Assembly: GCA_964495575.1 (NCBI GenBank)
Contig: CAZBVS010000001.1
Location: forward strand, 1 to 61,046
Origin: an uncultured Candidatus Saccharibacteria bacterium
GTDB taxonomy: Bacteria > Patescibacteriota > Minisyncoccia > UBA6257 > GWB1-50-10
Reading direction: 5' to 3'
DNA length: 61,046 bases
In this document: positions 1 through 8,757 of the stretch, in pieces
Layout: every line of letters starts with the position of its first letter
Numbering within the stretch: position 1 is the first letter of the stretch
Notes under the pieces: generated by a model
Told to the model about the DNA's origin: nothing
The model's database searches: none
The model's input: the letters and a program-made list of their open reading frames with translations, nothing else
Translations under genes and position numbers: made by a program

Positions 1-782
1 TTACTTTCAGAACTGTATTTAAAGTAAGTTCCATTTTTCCACACCAAACTCAACCCCCTTTCAGGGTTTATCATAAAGGTTAATTCTTTACTTTTTGTAT
101 TAAATTTCCATACCCTTGATCTATAAAACTCCGCTGTTTTTTCAGTGATTAATATTTTATTATCAGGAACATATTTAATATCAACATCATTAAAATCAAA
201 GTTTTGTAATAACACTTCATAATTTTTCTCTCCACTATTTTTTAATTCTTCAAAATCAAAAGAAACCAAGCTATTACCCTGATTAGTAGAAACTACTGCA
301 AAAACCTTATCCCCTGACCACGTTATATTTTGAATATAAGAAGGTAATGGGCGCCACACCCTGTCTTCAGTATCAAAAACCCCCCAGCTTGGAGATTTGG
401 GGTCACCAAACGAAATCAACACCTTATCGTTCGTATAATTTTTACGTATTCTATTTATTCCATTAAATTCTCTTCCTGATACTTCTGGATCAGGACCCGG
501 CTTAGCAGAAAATATTTTTCCAGTAGGGGTTATATATAATACCTCGCTAGTAGTAGAGTCCTCCCAAAAATCAAATACATTTTTATCTTCATCAGAAAGT
601 CTTGTTATTGTAAGACCTTCTTCTTGGGTTTGAGATGTGCTCGTGCTTGTTTTTAATTTCCCGTCATTAATATCCGGTGGTGATACAGGCTCTTTATCTG
701 AGGGTTTTAATATTAAAATTAAAACCACCGCAAAAATTACCAACACAGAGATAATAATTATTATTTTTGTTCTTTTTTTCAT
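1..782 (-). CDS. hypothetical membrane-anchored protein; N-terminal 260 codons, C-terminus lies beyond the window edge
   Basis: Not in the ORF track because there is no stop in the window. ATG at 782-780. My hand translation (MKKRTKIIIIISVLVIFAVVLILILKPSDKEPVS...VWKNGTYFKYSSES) stays open to nt 1. One N-terminal hydrophobic helix, then a beta-strand-rich W/G-containing region. Sits 17 nt downstream of the previous gene in the same orientation. Confidence 0.6.
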   Translation of the reverse strand, partial: MKKRTKIIIIISVLVIFAVVLILILKPSDKEPVSPPDINDGKLKTSTSTSQTQEEGLTITRLSDEDKNVFDFWEDSTTSEVLYITPTGKIFSAKPGPDPEVSGREFNGINRIRKNYTNDKVLISFGDPKSPSWGVFDTEDRVWRPLPSYIQNITWSGDKVFAVVSTNQGNSLVSFDFEELKNSGEKNYEVLLQNFDFNDVDIKYVPDNKILITEKTAEFYRSRVWKFNTKSKELTFMINPERGLSLVWKNGTYFKYSSES

Positions 783-798
783 GAATACTATTTAATTA

Positions 799-1842
799 TT
801 ATTGGCACGTATTTAATCCATCCAGATCAGCATATTTCCAACTATCCGTATGTATGTCAGTTTTCCAGGCATAAGGAACACATTTTACTCCATCATCCCC
901 TCCCGGATTTCCAGGGTCACCATTCATAGGGTAATATGGTGCTTTGTAATAAACACCCCCATTCTGGATTGTTATTTCATCCCATTCATCCCATTCGTCT
1001 TCACAGGTGTTACAAACAGGCACACTAATTGTTTCTTTTGTAACTCCCTCACAAATAACTTGACCTTCCGCAGTGCAACTGGGATTAATTCCTTCTGGAC
1101 AATTTACTACTATATTATCTGCTTGAGTTCCGCAATCATGAACCATTGTTCCTGTTCGGTTGTGTTTTACACACTTTGGGTCCATATTTTCTTTTATTGT
1201 TTGATTTTCTTCATTATAGCAATAAGGTTGAGTTTCTTCTCCTTCTCCCACAACAAACTTTTCTCCATTTACCGGACAATTAGACACAGTTTCTTCCGAA
1301 CAAACATTTGATTCGACACAACAACTCCACTCCCCTTCCACATTTTGTTCCGGGTTTTCTCCTTCTTCACAAGGCTCAAGGTTTGGGTATTGAGCACAGG
1401 ATGCGCCTGTTATATTAGTACTACCCTTTTCAAAACTTGAAACCCCTTTTATTTTCTCCCCATCCTGAGTTGCATACTGAGGGTTACTTAGCTTAGTTAA
1501 CTGAGGGTTCACCGTATTTAATATTACATAAGCCCCCAACAAAAGAACCAAACCGGAAATAGCGGAGACGATAATATCTTTTCCTTTATTTTTTTTATTT
1601 ATTGCTCCAGAAACAGCGTACATTATTCCTCCAATTACAATCACAAGAACTGCAGCTATACCCCCCAACACAATTGCCGTCTTGTAAAATTTATTAATTG
1701 TTCCTGAAATATCGTTCCCTGAAAGATTTTCATAACCAGTGATTTTTATAGGTTCATTACCAACGTCAGCCGCGTTTACCACAGCAAACATTACAAAGAA
1801 AAACAAAATTATAAATAACAGTGTAGATATTTTTTTAATCAT
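799..1842 (-). CDS. VirB2/TrbC-like T4SS pilin module fused to a large Cys-rich, acidic extracellular domain
   Basis: Signal peptide (...FAVVNA), then two hydrophobic helices split by a basic loop (GGIAAVLVIVIGGIMYAVSGAINKKNKGKDIIVSAISGLVLLLGAYVILNTV). This pattern matches the three small pilin-like ORFs at 56947-58191. About 220 further residues contain about 16 Cys. Overlaps the upstream gene by 8 nt. Confidence 0.65.
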   Translation of the reverse strand: MIKKISTLLFIILFFFVMFAVVNAADVGNEPIKITGYENLSGNDISGTINKFYKTAIVLGGIAAVLVIVIGGIMYAVSGAINKKNKGKDIIVSAISGLVLLLGAYVILNTVNPQLTKLSNPQYATQDGEKIKGVSSFEKGSTNITGASCAQYPNLEPCEEGENPEQNVEGEWSCCVESNVCSEETVSNCPVNGEKFVVGEGEETQPYCYNEENQTIKENMDPKCVKHNRTGTMVHDCGTQADNIVVNCPEGINPSCTAEGQVICEGVTKETISVPVCNTCEDEWDEWDEITIQNGGVYYKAPYYPMNGDPGNPGGDDGVKCVPYAWKTDIHTDSWKYADLDGLNTCQ

Positions 1843-2521
1843 TGATTTCTAATCTTAAATTTGTTTTAGCTGATTCCATTGGGTTGTTTAAATTAGAAAC
1901 CCAACCCGTGACTATAGTTTTAGTATTTATCAAAGATTTTGAATTTCCTATTTTTAAATTTAAAATATTACCCCTTTCAACATATTCTTTAGCGTTTATT
2001 ACCTTCCAAACAAAATTTAAATCATTTAAATTATTAACATTTAAAAAGTATGGAATAGATCTAATTGTTTTTTCTTCTCCTAAATTAATAGACTTATTTG
2101 GAGATGGGTAATCAACCACTATTTCATATGAAGAAATCGGAATTTTAATAGATTTTTCTAGAACTTTTTCTCCTTCTTCAATTCTTAATTTTATAAAATA
2201 TTCTTCTCCTACTTGCTTATTTATTTCAAAATTAATTTTATTTTCTCCCGCCCCTCTTTTTATTAAATTATTATTGTTATACCAAAAAAAATTTAAATTA
2301 GAATAATCTTTTATTTTATTATTTTCTAAAACAGTAGCCGAAACATTTATTTTTGAGTTTGGGGTAGCCTTAGGCTTACCTTGATAATTTGAAGGATAAA
2401 AGTTGTCAGCTTCCCAGGTAATAATTACCTCAGATCCATTTTCTGCTTTTACAATATTAACTCCTACCCCTACTAAAGTAGTTATTACCAAACTTATTAA
2501 TATTAATTTATATATTTTCAT
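1835..2521 (-). CDS. secreted hypothetical protein of the T4SS-like operon
   Basis: N-terminal signal or anchor (LILISLVITTLVGVGVNIVKA), beta-rich N/K/E composition. Translationally coupled to the downstream pilin-fusion gene. Confidence 0.6.
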   Translation of the reverse strand: MKIYKLILISLVITTLVGVGVNIVKAENGSEVIITWEADNFYPSNYQGKPKATPNSKINVSATVLENNKIKDYSNLNFFWYNNNNLIKRGAGENKINFEINKQVGEEYFIKLRIEEGEKVLEKSIKIPISSYEIVVDYPSPNKSINLGEEKTIRSIPYFLNVNNLNDLNFVWKVINAKEYVERGNILNLKIGNSKSLINTKTIVTGWVSNLNNPMESAKTNLRLEIND

Positions 2522-2548
2522 ACTATTTTCTATTATAAAATATTTTTA

Positions 2549-2923
2549 TTAACCATTCTTTTCTTCGTTTTTTTCTTCATCTTCTTCATCTTCTTCATCC
2601 TCATCTTCTTTTTCAGAATCTATATCTATTTCCATATTATGTATTACTACTTCTATTATAAACGAAGTTGTAACAGTGGGTATAATTGGTAAAAAGTTTG
2701 ATATCTGTTTCATTATCTGTCTTTTTAAACCCCAAGGTGTTTTTTCTCCCCCCTTTTTACCCAACCACCAGCTTGTTACAAAGCTTGATACGGATTGTAG
2801 TGGGGTTGCTAATAAATATCCCAACCCAGTCATATCAAGAAGTGCTGCCACCCCGTCTACGCTTAACCACAACAACACACCAATTACTATCTCAGAGGCG
2901 CTAAACTTTTTATATTCACTCAT
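2549..2923 (-). CDS. small membrane protein with poly-acidic C-terminal tail (T4SS-like operon)
   Basis: Hydrophobic segments (IVIGVLLWLSV..., LPIIPTVTTSFIIEVVI) followed by DSEKEDEDEEDEEDEEKNEEKNG. Start overlaps the virB4 stop by 8 nt. Confidence 0.55.
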   Translation of the reverse strand: MSEYKKFSASEIVIGVLLWLSVDGVAALLDMTGLGYLLATPLQSVSSFVTSWWLGKKGGEKTPWGLKRQIMKQISNFLPIIPTVTTSFIIEVVIHNMEIDIDSEKEDEDEEDEEDEEKNEEKNG

Positions 2924-4664
2924 TTTTTCGAAGTTCTAATAACTGCTCTGGGTCGGTTGTTATAATCTTATCCTCTGTGTAAGACGGAATTATCTTTATT
3001 GCCACGTGCTTTAATCCTACAAAGAACAATCCTTCTCCCACCTCCGCCTCCATCAAAAACTGTCTCTCGCTCCTCGTAAGATCAAATGTGTCCGCCAACA
3101 CTTTAATACTTGAAGGAGATTGTTTCATAAGAAGCTGCAGAGCGGAGTTAGTAACAATAGGTTTTCCATACTTTGAATCCATAAAATCTTCAACGTTTTG
3201 AGTTATAGTTGTGAGTCCTAAGTAATATTTCCTGGCTCTTTTAGCTAATCTAAACAAGAATGAGGCGCTATCTTCATATTCCATCATCCACCAAGCTTCA
3301 TCTATAATCAATAATCTTCTTTTTAGATTTGCTCTAATAAGACTCCATACAAAATTCAAAACTATATACATTGCAATAGGCCTCAACTCTTCTTCCAAGT
3401 CTCTTATTGAAAACACAATAAACCTATTTGTCATATCTACATCTGTAGGAGAGTTTGTAAAGCCTGAATAAGAACCACTTACATATTTTTCAAGTCTTTG
3501 AGCAAGTTTACTCCCTCCCTCAGTGTTATCTAATACTGTTTGAAAATCTTCTAATATAGGTGGATCAATATCTTTTTTACCGAAGTTTTCTGCGGTAATA
3601 TCCCGAGCAGCGTAAGTTTCAATAAGAGCTCTATCAATTAATGATTCTTCTTCAGGTTCAATATCACCTAACATTAACTTAATTAATCCAGTTAAATTTA
3701 GAATATGTGATTTAAATACATTAGCCGGATCTTCATCTTCTGGAATTACTGGTATATCAAAAGGATTTATATTATGAGGTGAGGTTAGTGATATTTTAAA
3801 GAAACTACCCCCTACAGCATCAGCTAGCGATTGATATTCTTCCTCCGGGTCTATTACCATTACATCCGTGCCCATCATCAATGTTCTTAATATCTCTAGC
3901 TTAGTAGCGTATGATTTTCCAGCTCCAGACTTAGCAAACACAACCGAGTTAGCATTTTCTAAATCAAAACGATCAAATATTACCAAACCGTTATTATGTA
4001 AATTAACTCCGTACATAATCCCTTCGTCTGAGGTTAGATCAGGTGAAACAAAAGGGAATAAAGAAGATGTTGGACCCGTATTTAAAGGCGTGTGAATCTT
4101 TAATTTATCTTCCCCTAACGGAAGAGTTGTTTTGAACCCTTCCACCTGCCTAAACAAGGCAGGTTTTATATATACCAACTTTGATTCAAGGGTTGAGGTA
4201 ATATCATTTTCAAGAGTGTTCAACTTCTCAATATCAGAGCCATAGATTGTTACATATACTCCAACTTTAAACATTTTTTCTGTTCCTTGCTGAAGAGTAT
4301 TTCTTAGGTTTTCAATATCACGATAAGCTGTTTCTAACTTTGGATTACTTACCAATCCCTTCTCCTCTTCTTCAGATATCTGAGCTTGAATTTCACCCAC
4401 CTTCTTTCTTAATTTTTTCAACGTAGTGGCCGTATCCATAGGATGAATGAATATTGATATATCCATCATCTCAGCCATATTAATAATTGGTGAAAACCAT
4501 CCTGTTGATAGATATCGGGGGTAAGTATAAACAAAGAATGTTTTTACATAATAATTATCAAGCTTTAAATAATTAGAGTTCTCTTTCATTCCAGCAGGAG
4601 CCACAATGTTAGCAATGTTTTCTTCTGATGGATTATATGATTTTGGAATTTTTATTTTAGACAT
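2916..4664 (-). CDS. virB4: VirB4/TrbE-family type IV secretion ATPase
   Basis: Walker A AKSGAGKSYATK, Walker B LLIIDEAWWMM, and the N-terminal motif YLKLDNYYVKTFFVYTYPRYLSTGWFSP typical of Gram-positive-type VirB4 proteins. Confidence 0.85.
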   Translation of the reverse strand: MSKIKIPKSYNPSEENIANIVAPAGMKENSNYLKLDNYYVKTFFVYTYPRYLSTGWFSPIINMAEMMDISIFIHPMDTATTLKKLRKKVGEIQAQISEEEEKGLVSNPKLETAYRDIENLRNTLQQGTEKMFKVGVYVTIYGSDIEKLNTLENDITSTLESKLVYIKPALFRQVEGFKTTLPLGEDKLKIHTPLNTGPTSSLFPFVSPDLTSDEGIMYGVNLHNNGLVIFDRFDLENANSVVFAKSGAGKSYATKLEILRTLMMGTDVMVIDPEEEYQSLADAVGGSFFKISLTSPHNINPFDIPVIPEDEDPANVFKSHILNLTGLIKLMLGDIEPEEESLIDRALIETYAARDITAENFGKKDIDPPILEDFQTVLDNTEGGSKLAQRLEKYVSGSYSGFTNSPTDVDMTNRFIVFSIRDLEEELRPIAMYIVLNFVWSLIRANLKRRLLIIDEAWWMMEYEDSASFLFRLAKRARKYYLGLTTITQNVEDFMDSKYGKPIVTNSALQLLMKQSPSSIKVLADTFDLTRSERQFLMEAEVGEGLFFVGLKHVAIKIIPSYTEDKIITTDPEQLLELRKNE

Positions 4665-4665
4665 A

Positions 4666-5307
4666 TTATTTTCTTTCTTTTTCTATAAACTGAGGATTAT
4701 ATAAATTGTATAATAACTCTGTTAATTCCTCGTCTTTTAATATTTTAACCCTTAACCCCACCTGTTCTAAACCTGACCGAACCTCATCTACTCTGTAATC
4801 TAATTGTTGTATTTTTTTTGCCTCAGACTCTTCTTTGTCTGTTTCTTCTTTAGTGTTTTTCCCAGTTAGAGAATTTATTATTCCTCCTAACCCCTTCTTT
4901 GTTTTTTCTACTACCTTAATAGGTTTATAAGGTACCACCACAAAGAAATTTTTAGTTATAATAGGGTTTTCTTCTACAAAAGATTCTATAAACTTGGCGT
5001 ATTCTTCTATCTGAACTTTTAATAACTCTTTTTTCTCTATATCTATTCTTTCTCTTATCTTTTCTAAATAAGAGTTTATATTTATTTTTCTAGAGTGAAT
5101 AAATATCTGGACCGGGAAATCCAAACCATTCAAAAAATTTTGAAAAGATCCTAATATTATTTCCTGCTCTTCTTCAGATTTTAAACTAAAGTTTATGCCA
5201 TTTACTATAAGTGCTTTTCTTAAAGCACCATTTTTCATGTAAATAACTCCGTTTTCCACCCTATCTACATCTACAAATTTTTGTGTTGCTTTTGTTTTTT
5301 CCGCCAT
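4666..5307 (-). CDS. T4SS-associated protein resembling the extreme N-terminal domain of Gram-positive VirB4-type ATPases (possible split VirB4)
   Basis: FVDVDRVENGVIYMKNGALRKALIVNGINFSLKSEEEQEIILGSFQNFLNGLDFPVQIFIHSRKI resembles, from memory, the N-terminus of Tn916-Orf16/TcpF-type ATPases. Its stop lies 1 nt before the virB4 start. Confidence 0.45.
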   Translation of the reverse strand: MAEKTKATQKFVDVDRVENGVIYMKNGALRKALIVNGINFSLKSEEEQEIILGSFQNFLNGLDFPVQIFIHSRKININSYLEKIRERIDIEKKELLKVQIEEYAKFIESFVEENPIITKNFFVVVPYKPIKVVEKTKKGLGGIINSLTGKNTKEETDKEESEAKKIQQLDYRVDEVRSGLEQVGLRVKILKDEELTELLYNLYNPQFIEKERK

Positions 5308-5343
5308 GTTTTTATTTTAATGTATACTTCATTTAATTCCTAA

Positions 5344-5850
5344 TTATTCTGAATAATCAACCCTCTTTGCTTTCTCCACTTCTCCTGTTAGATGTCTCAC
5401 CGTTTGGTAACGTTCTTGCTGGTCATTTTTTTCTTTATTTTTCTTTAGAAAAGGAATATTTCCGGTAGTTATATTTCTAACCGCTGATTTTATCTTTCCT
5501 TGCAACCCCATATTTTTTCTAACCGCCTTTATTTTTTCTACCGAAGAAGTGTCCAAGGTTGTAGTTTCAATATCCCTTTTCCAAACGTATTTTTTTGGTT
5601 TTTGCCAGAAATTAAGAGCGTGTAGTATTACTTTTGGTAATGGTTGTCCGTTAATTTTTACAAACGCCAAGCTCACTCCCAAACCTCCCGCAAAAATTAG
5701 TATTAAAAATGAGAAAAGAGGAGGAAGCGTATAAAAAGCAAGCACGCTTAATCCTCCAGCCCCCGCAATATACAAAAACTGAGTCAAAGTTAAAGGACCG
5801 ATTATTTTTGCTTTTTTGTCTATAAATTGTGGTACCTGAAACTGAGCCAT
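5344..5850 (-). CDS. PrgI-family (VirB3-like) T4SS membrane protein
   Basis: MAQFQVPQFIDKKAKIIGPLTLTQFLYIAGAGGLSVLAFY... followed by a second hydrophobic helix, the pattern of PrgI/VirB3 analogues. Located upstream of virB4, as in Gram-positive T4SS loci. Confidence 0.6.
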   Translation of the reverse strand: MAQFQVPQFIDKKAKIIGPLTLTQFLYIAGAGGLSVLAFYTLPPLFSFLILIFAGGLGVSLAFVKINGQPLPKVILHALNFWQKPKKYVWKRDIETTTLDTSSVEKIKAVRKNMGLQGKIKSAVRNITTGNIPFLKKNKEKNDQQERYQTVRHLTGEVEKAKRVDYSE

Positions 5851-5855
5851 ATGAT

Positions 5856-6737
5856 TTAATTTAGATTACTTAAATCAATAGTGTTACCTGAAACACTTGG
5901 GTTATTTTTCTTCTTATCTTTATCAATCTTTTTATTTTGCTTCTCAGGCTTACTTGCCGCTTCTTTTTGTTTTTGTGCTTCACCACTCTTATCAGGCTGC
6001 TTCCTAGGCTTATTTTTTTGATTAGCGATGTTTATAAAGCTTTTATCATTATCAGAAGAAGCAGGAGTTCTATACTCACTATAATGAACCGTTCTTTTCT
6101 GATCCTTTTTAGGTGTTTGAACCTTTGCAGAAGGACCATCTTTTTCTTGCTTTTCAAAGAAGTCTCCAAATGAAAATGAGAAATCTTTTTTCTGTTTTGG
6201 TCTCTCTTCCTCTCTTTTTTCTTCTTGGTGAATTACAAAAGGGGTCTCTTTATTTTTTTCTTCAGTTTTTTGACTTTCTTCTTTTTGAAATTCTGATTTA
6301 ATAAACTCTTTATCACCTTTTTGTTCCGGCTTTTCTTTGTGTGATATTTCGATGTTTCCAATTTTCTGATCCGTCTTGTGTTTTATGTTGGCTATGTTTG
6401 TATCCGTTTCTGCTACTGGTGAGTAAATCTCATTAAGTTCATCTAAGAACTGAGAGAATATTTTTTTATCTACCTTATCTGAAATTTGTTCAGCAACTTT
6501 TTTATCTATCTCTGTCTCCTTTAAGATTTTTTCATCTAGCTCTTCTTTATGTATAAACCCATATAGCACAAAAGAAACAAGCTTAAACAACTTCTCTGTT
6601 TTTATTTCATTAAGGTGGTGTTCTTTTGCTATCTGTAACAGAGTTTTTCCATACGCCGGAGAATACAAAGCCTTCCGAAGTTCCATCGGCATATTGTCCC
6701 ACCTTCTATCTATTTTGGCTTTTGGATAAGTAATCAT
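5856..6737 (-). CDS. hypothetical protein with structured N-terminal domain and K/E/Q-rich disordered tail
   Basis: Long ORF in operon register; the C-terminal two thirds is low-complexity charged sequence (KQKKDFSF..., KPRKQPDKSGEAQKQKEAASKPEKQNKK). Confidence 0.55.
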   Translation of the reverse strand: MITYPKAKIDRRWDNMPMELRKALYSPAYGKTLLQIAKEHHLNEIKTEKLFKLVSFVLYGFIHKEELDEKILKETEIDKKVAEQISDKVDKKIFSQFLDELNEIYSPVAETDTNIANIKHKTDQKIGNIEISHKEKPEQKGDKEFIKSEFQKEESQKTEEKNKETPFVIHQEEKREEERPKQKKDFSFSFGDFFEKQEKDGPSAKVQTPKKDQKRTVHYSEYRTPASSDNDKSFINIANQKNKPRKQPDKSGEAQKQKEAASKPEKQNKKIDKDKKKNNPSVSGNTIDLSNLN

Positions 6738-6768
6738 ATTGTTTTATTTATGAATGACGAGCCTTTCT

Positions 6769-8748
6769 CTATTTATCTTTAGTTTCCCCTTCTTTGTCTT
6801 TACCACTTTTTTCTTCAGAAGATCCCGACTTGTCCTCTCCAGAGGACCCCTCTTCCGATCCTTCTTTATAATATGTTCCTCCACCACCTTCAAAGTTAGC
6901 GATTACATTCTTAAACCTCTTTAGCCCTTTTTCATCTCCCAATGTTGTAAGAGCTGCTTTGTATTCTGCTTCGAAATTATCTCTTCCTTTGGAGTCTAGC
7001 TTAGGCTCAATGCTGGACACAAGACCTTTATTTGTTTTAGCTATAGCTTTAGCAATCATTTGTGACGCTTCTTCTAATTTATCCTTTCCAATGCCTAACT
7101 TTTCCTTGCCGCTGAATATATCTTTGAGGGGTATGTCCTTCAAATCTTTTTTAAGTAATTTTCCGTAGAATTTTTCAGCCTCTTCATAAAATGTATCCGT
7201 ATCATCATTTTTTAACGCCTCCATCATTTCTAGTGTCATACCCAACTGTTTCTCAATCTTTTTGAAGGCTCCCTTTTCTCCATAATTCTCAAACAATCTT
7301 TTGTTATCCTCGGTAAGATGTTCTTTAGCATTAATTTTATTGATCTTTCCGTCTTTAGACAGACTTTTTAGAAGCTCTTTCTTCTCGGGTCCGGAAGCTC
7401 CTGGTAATTTGGCCAACTTTCTTTCTGTGCTCCAGCCTTTCATTTTCTTTTGGTACTCACTTGCCACCCCTTTCTTACCCTTGTCTTCAAGTGCGGTTAG
7501 CTGTCCCGCCACCCATGAAGCCGCTTTTCTACTAAACTTACCCGTTCGATTACCAGCCATCTCCCTTGCTTTACCAGCCAATGATTTATCACTTTCCTTA
7601 CCTTTCCTCCTTACTGGATAAGTCACAGCCCTCATAGCGTTTCTCTTAGCAAAGCTTGATGCCTTGCCCTTTGCCCAGCCCTTTGCCCAGCCTCCTGCAG
7701 ATTTAGCGATTCCAATTGCTCCTTTTGCTCCGTTGATTCCCATCTTGTCCGCGGCGTATAATCCGGCGAACATTAAAGCTGCAAGGACAATCATTTGAAT
7801 TCCCTGGTTTAATATTGCTCCTAAAGCAGCGTTTGAACTTGCAAAGTTAGCAGCGGCTGAATTAGCAAAATCTGCGTTTTTTATATTCTCTGCTCCCACT
7901 AACGTGAGGTAAATAAAGAATGACACTGCCGGAGCAAAGAAGGTCCATTTCAAAAAACTTTGCCACCAGTTTTGAAACTGGCTTTGTAGTTGGGGGATTA
8001 CCCATGCCAGCCATACTATCGGAGCAAGAACAAGCAAGAAAGTTAATACAACATAGCGAGCTAACAGCATAAAGGCTAAAGCCCCGAACACAATGGTTGT
8101 TAATCCGGTGAGTACTATGGTAAATATTATGTTTGTGACTCCTATAAGCAACGCGGAGCCCACCCCAATGCTCCCTTGGTTGTCTGGATCTACAGCAGGT
8201 ACTTCATTATCACTTGTTCCAATAACAAGTTTTTGAGGATTAAAAGCTCCCGCTATTGCTCCTGAAATTTGATACCCTCCGTTGCCTGGGTTTAAGAAGA
8301 ATTTAGTTAACGTATTTGAGAAACCGATTATGGGTGTAGCAATAGCCAAGCTAAAGTTAACAATTAAAGCCGCCGCAATAAGTTTAGGTAATAGTTTCTT
8401 CACCCCATACTGTTTGAACTGTACTATTGTGGCAAAACCTATAATGATTATTGCCAACACAAAACCCAAGTTTGCTAAATCACGAGTTATTTTCCAACCT
8501 TCTGAAATTAAGGTATTTGAATCATTTAAATTGTTTATATTATATTGCAGCATTACATCTGCTAAACTAGCCATCCAGTTTAGCAATGTACCTATAAAGA
8601 ACCTAAATATCTGAGCTATTACGTTTGTTATGGTAGAAGCAATATTTGCCGCCAAACCTGCGTTAGCAACTAACGGCAATGAAAACACTAATAAAGATAT
8701 TCCTAGTATCTTTAAAAGTTTTTTTCTTTTTTTAATAAAACTTTTCAT
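6769..8748 (-). CDS. TrbL/VirB6-like polytopic T4SS channel protein with long hydrophilic C-terminal domain
   Basis: Signal-like N-terminus, at least 6 long hydrophobic segments across residues about 20-340, then a roughly 300-aa K/E-rich soluble tail. Size, topology and position match VirB6/TrbL components. Confidence 0.6.
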   Translation of the reverse strand: MKSFIKKRKKLLKILGISLLVFSLPLVANAGLAANIASTITNVIAQIFRFFIGTLLNWMASLADVMLQYNINNLNDSNTLISEGWKITRDLANLGFVLAIIIIGFATIVQFKQYGVKKLLPKLIAAALIVNFSLAIATPIIGFSNTLTKFFLNPGNGGYQISGAIAGAFNPQKLVIGTSDNEVPAVDPDNQGSIGVGSALLIGVTNIIFTIVLTGLTTIVFGALAFMLLARYVVLTFLLVLAPIVWLAWVIPQLQSQFQNWWQSFLKWTFFAPAVSFFIYLTLVGAENIKNADFANSAAANFASSNAALGAILNQGIQMIVLAALMFAGLYAADKMGINGAKGAIGIAKSAGGWAKGWAKGKASSFAKRNAMRAVTYPVRRKGKESDKSLAGKAREMAGNRTGKFSRKAASWVAGQLTALEDKGKKGVASEYQKKMKGWSTERKLAKLPGASGPEKKELLKSLSKDGKINKINAKEHLTEDNKRLFENYGEKGAFKKIEKQLGMTLEMMEALKNDDTDTFYEEAEKFYGKLLKKDLKDIPLKDIFSGKEKLGIGKDKLEEASQMIAKAIAKTNKGLVSSIEPKLDSKGRDNFEAEYKAALTTLGDEKGLKRFKNVIANFEGGGGTYYKEGSEEGSSGEDKSGSSEEKSGKDKEGETKDK

Positions 8749-8757
8749 TATTTGTTC

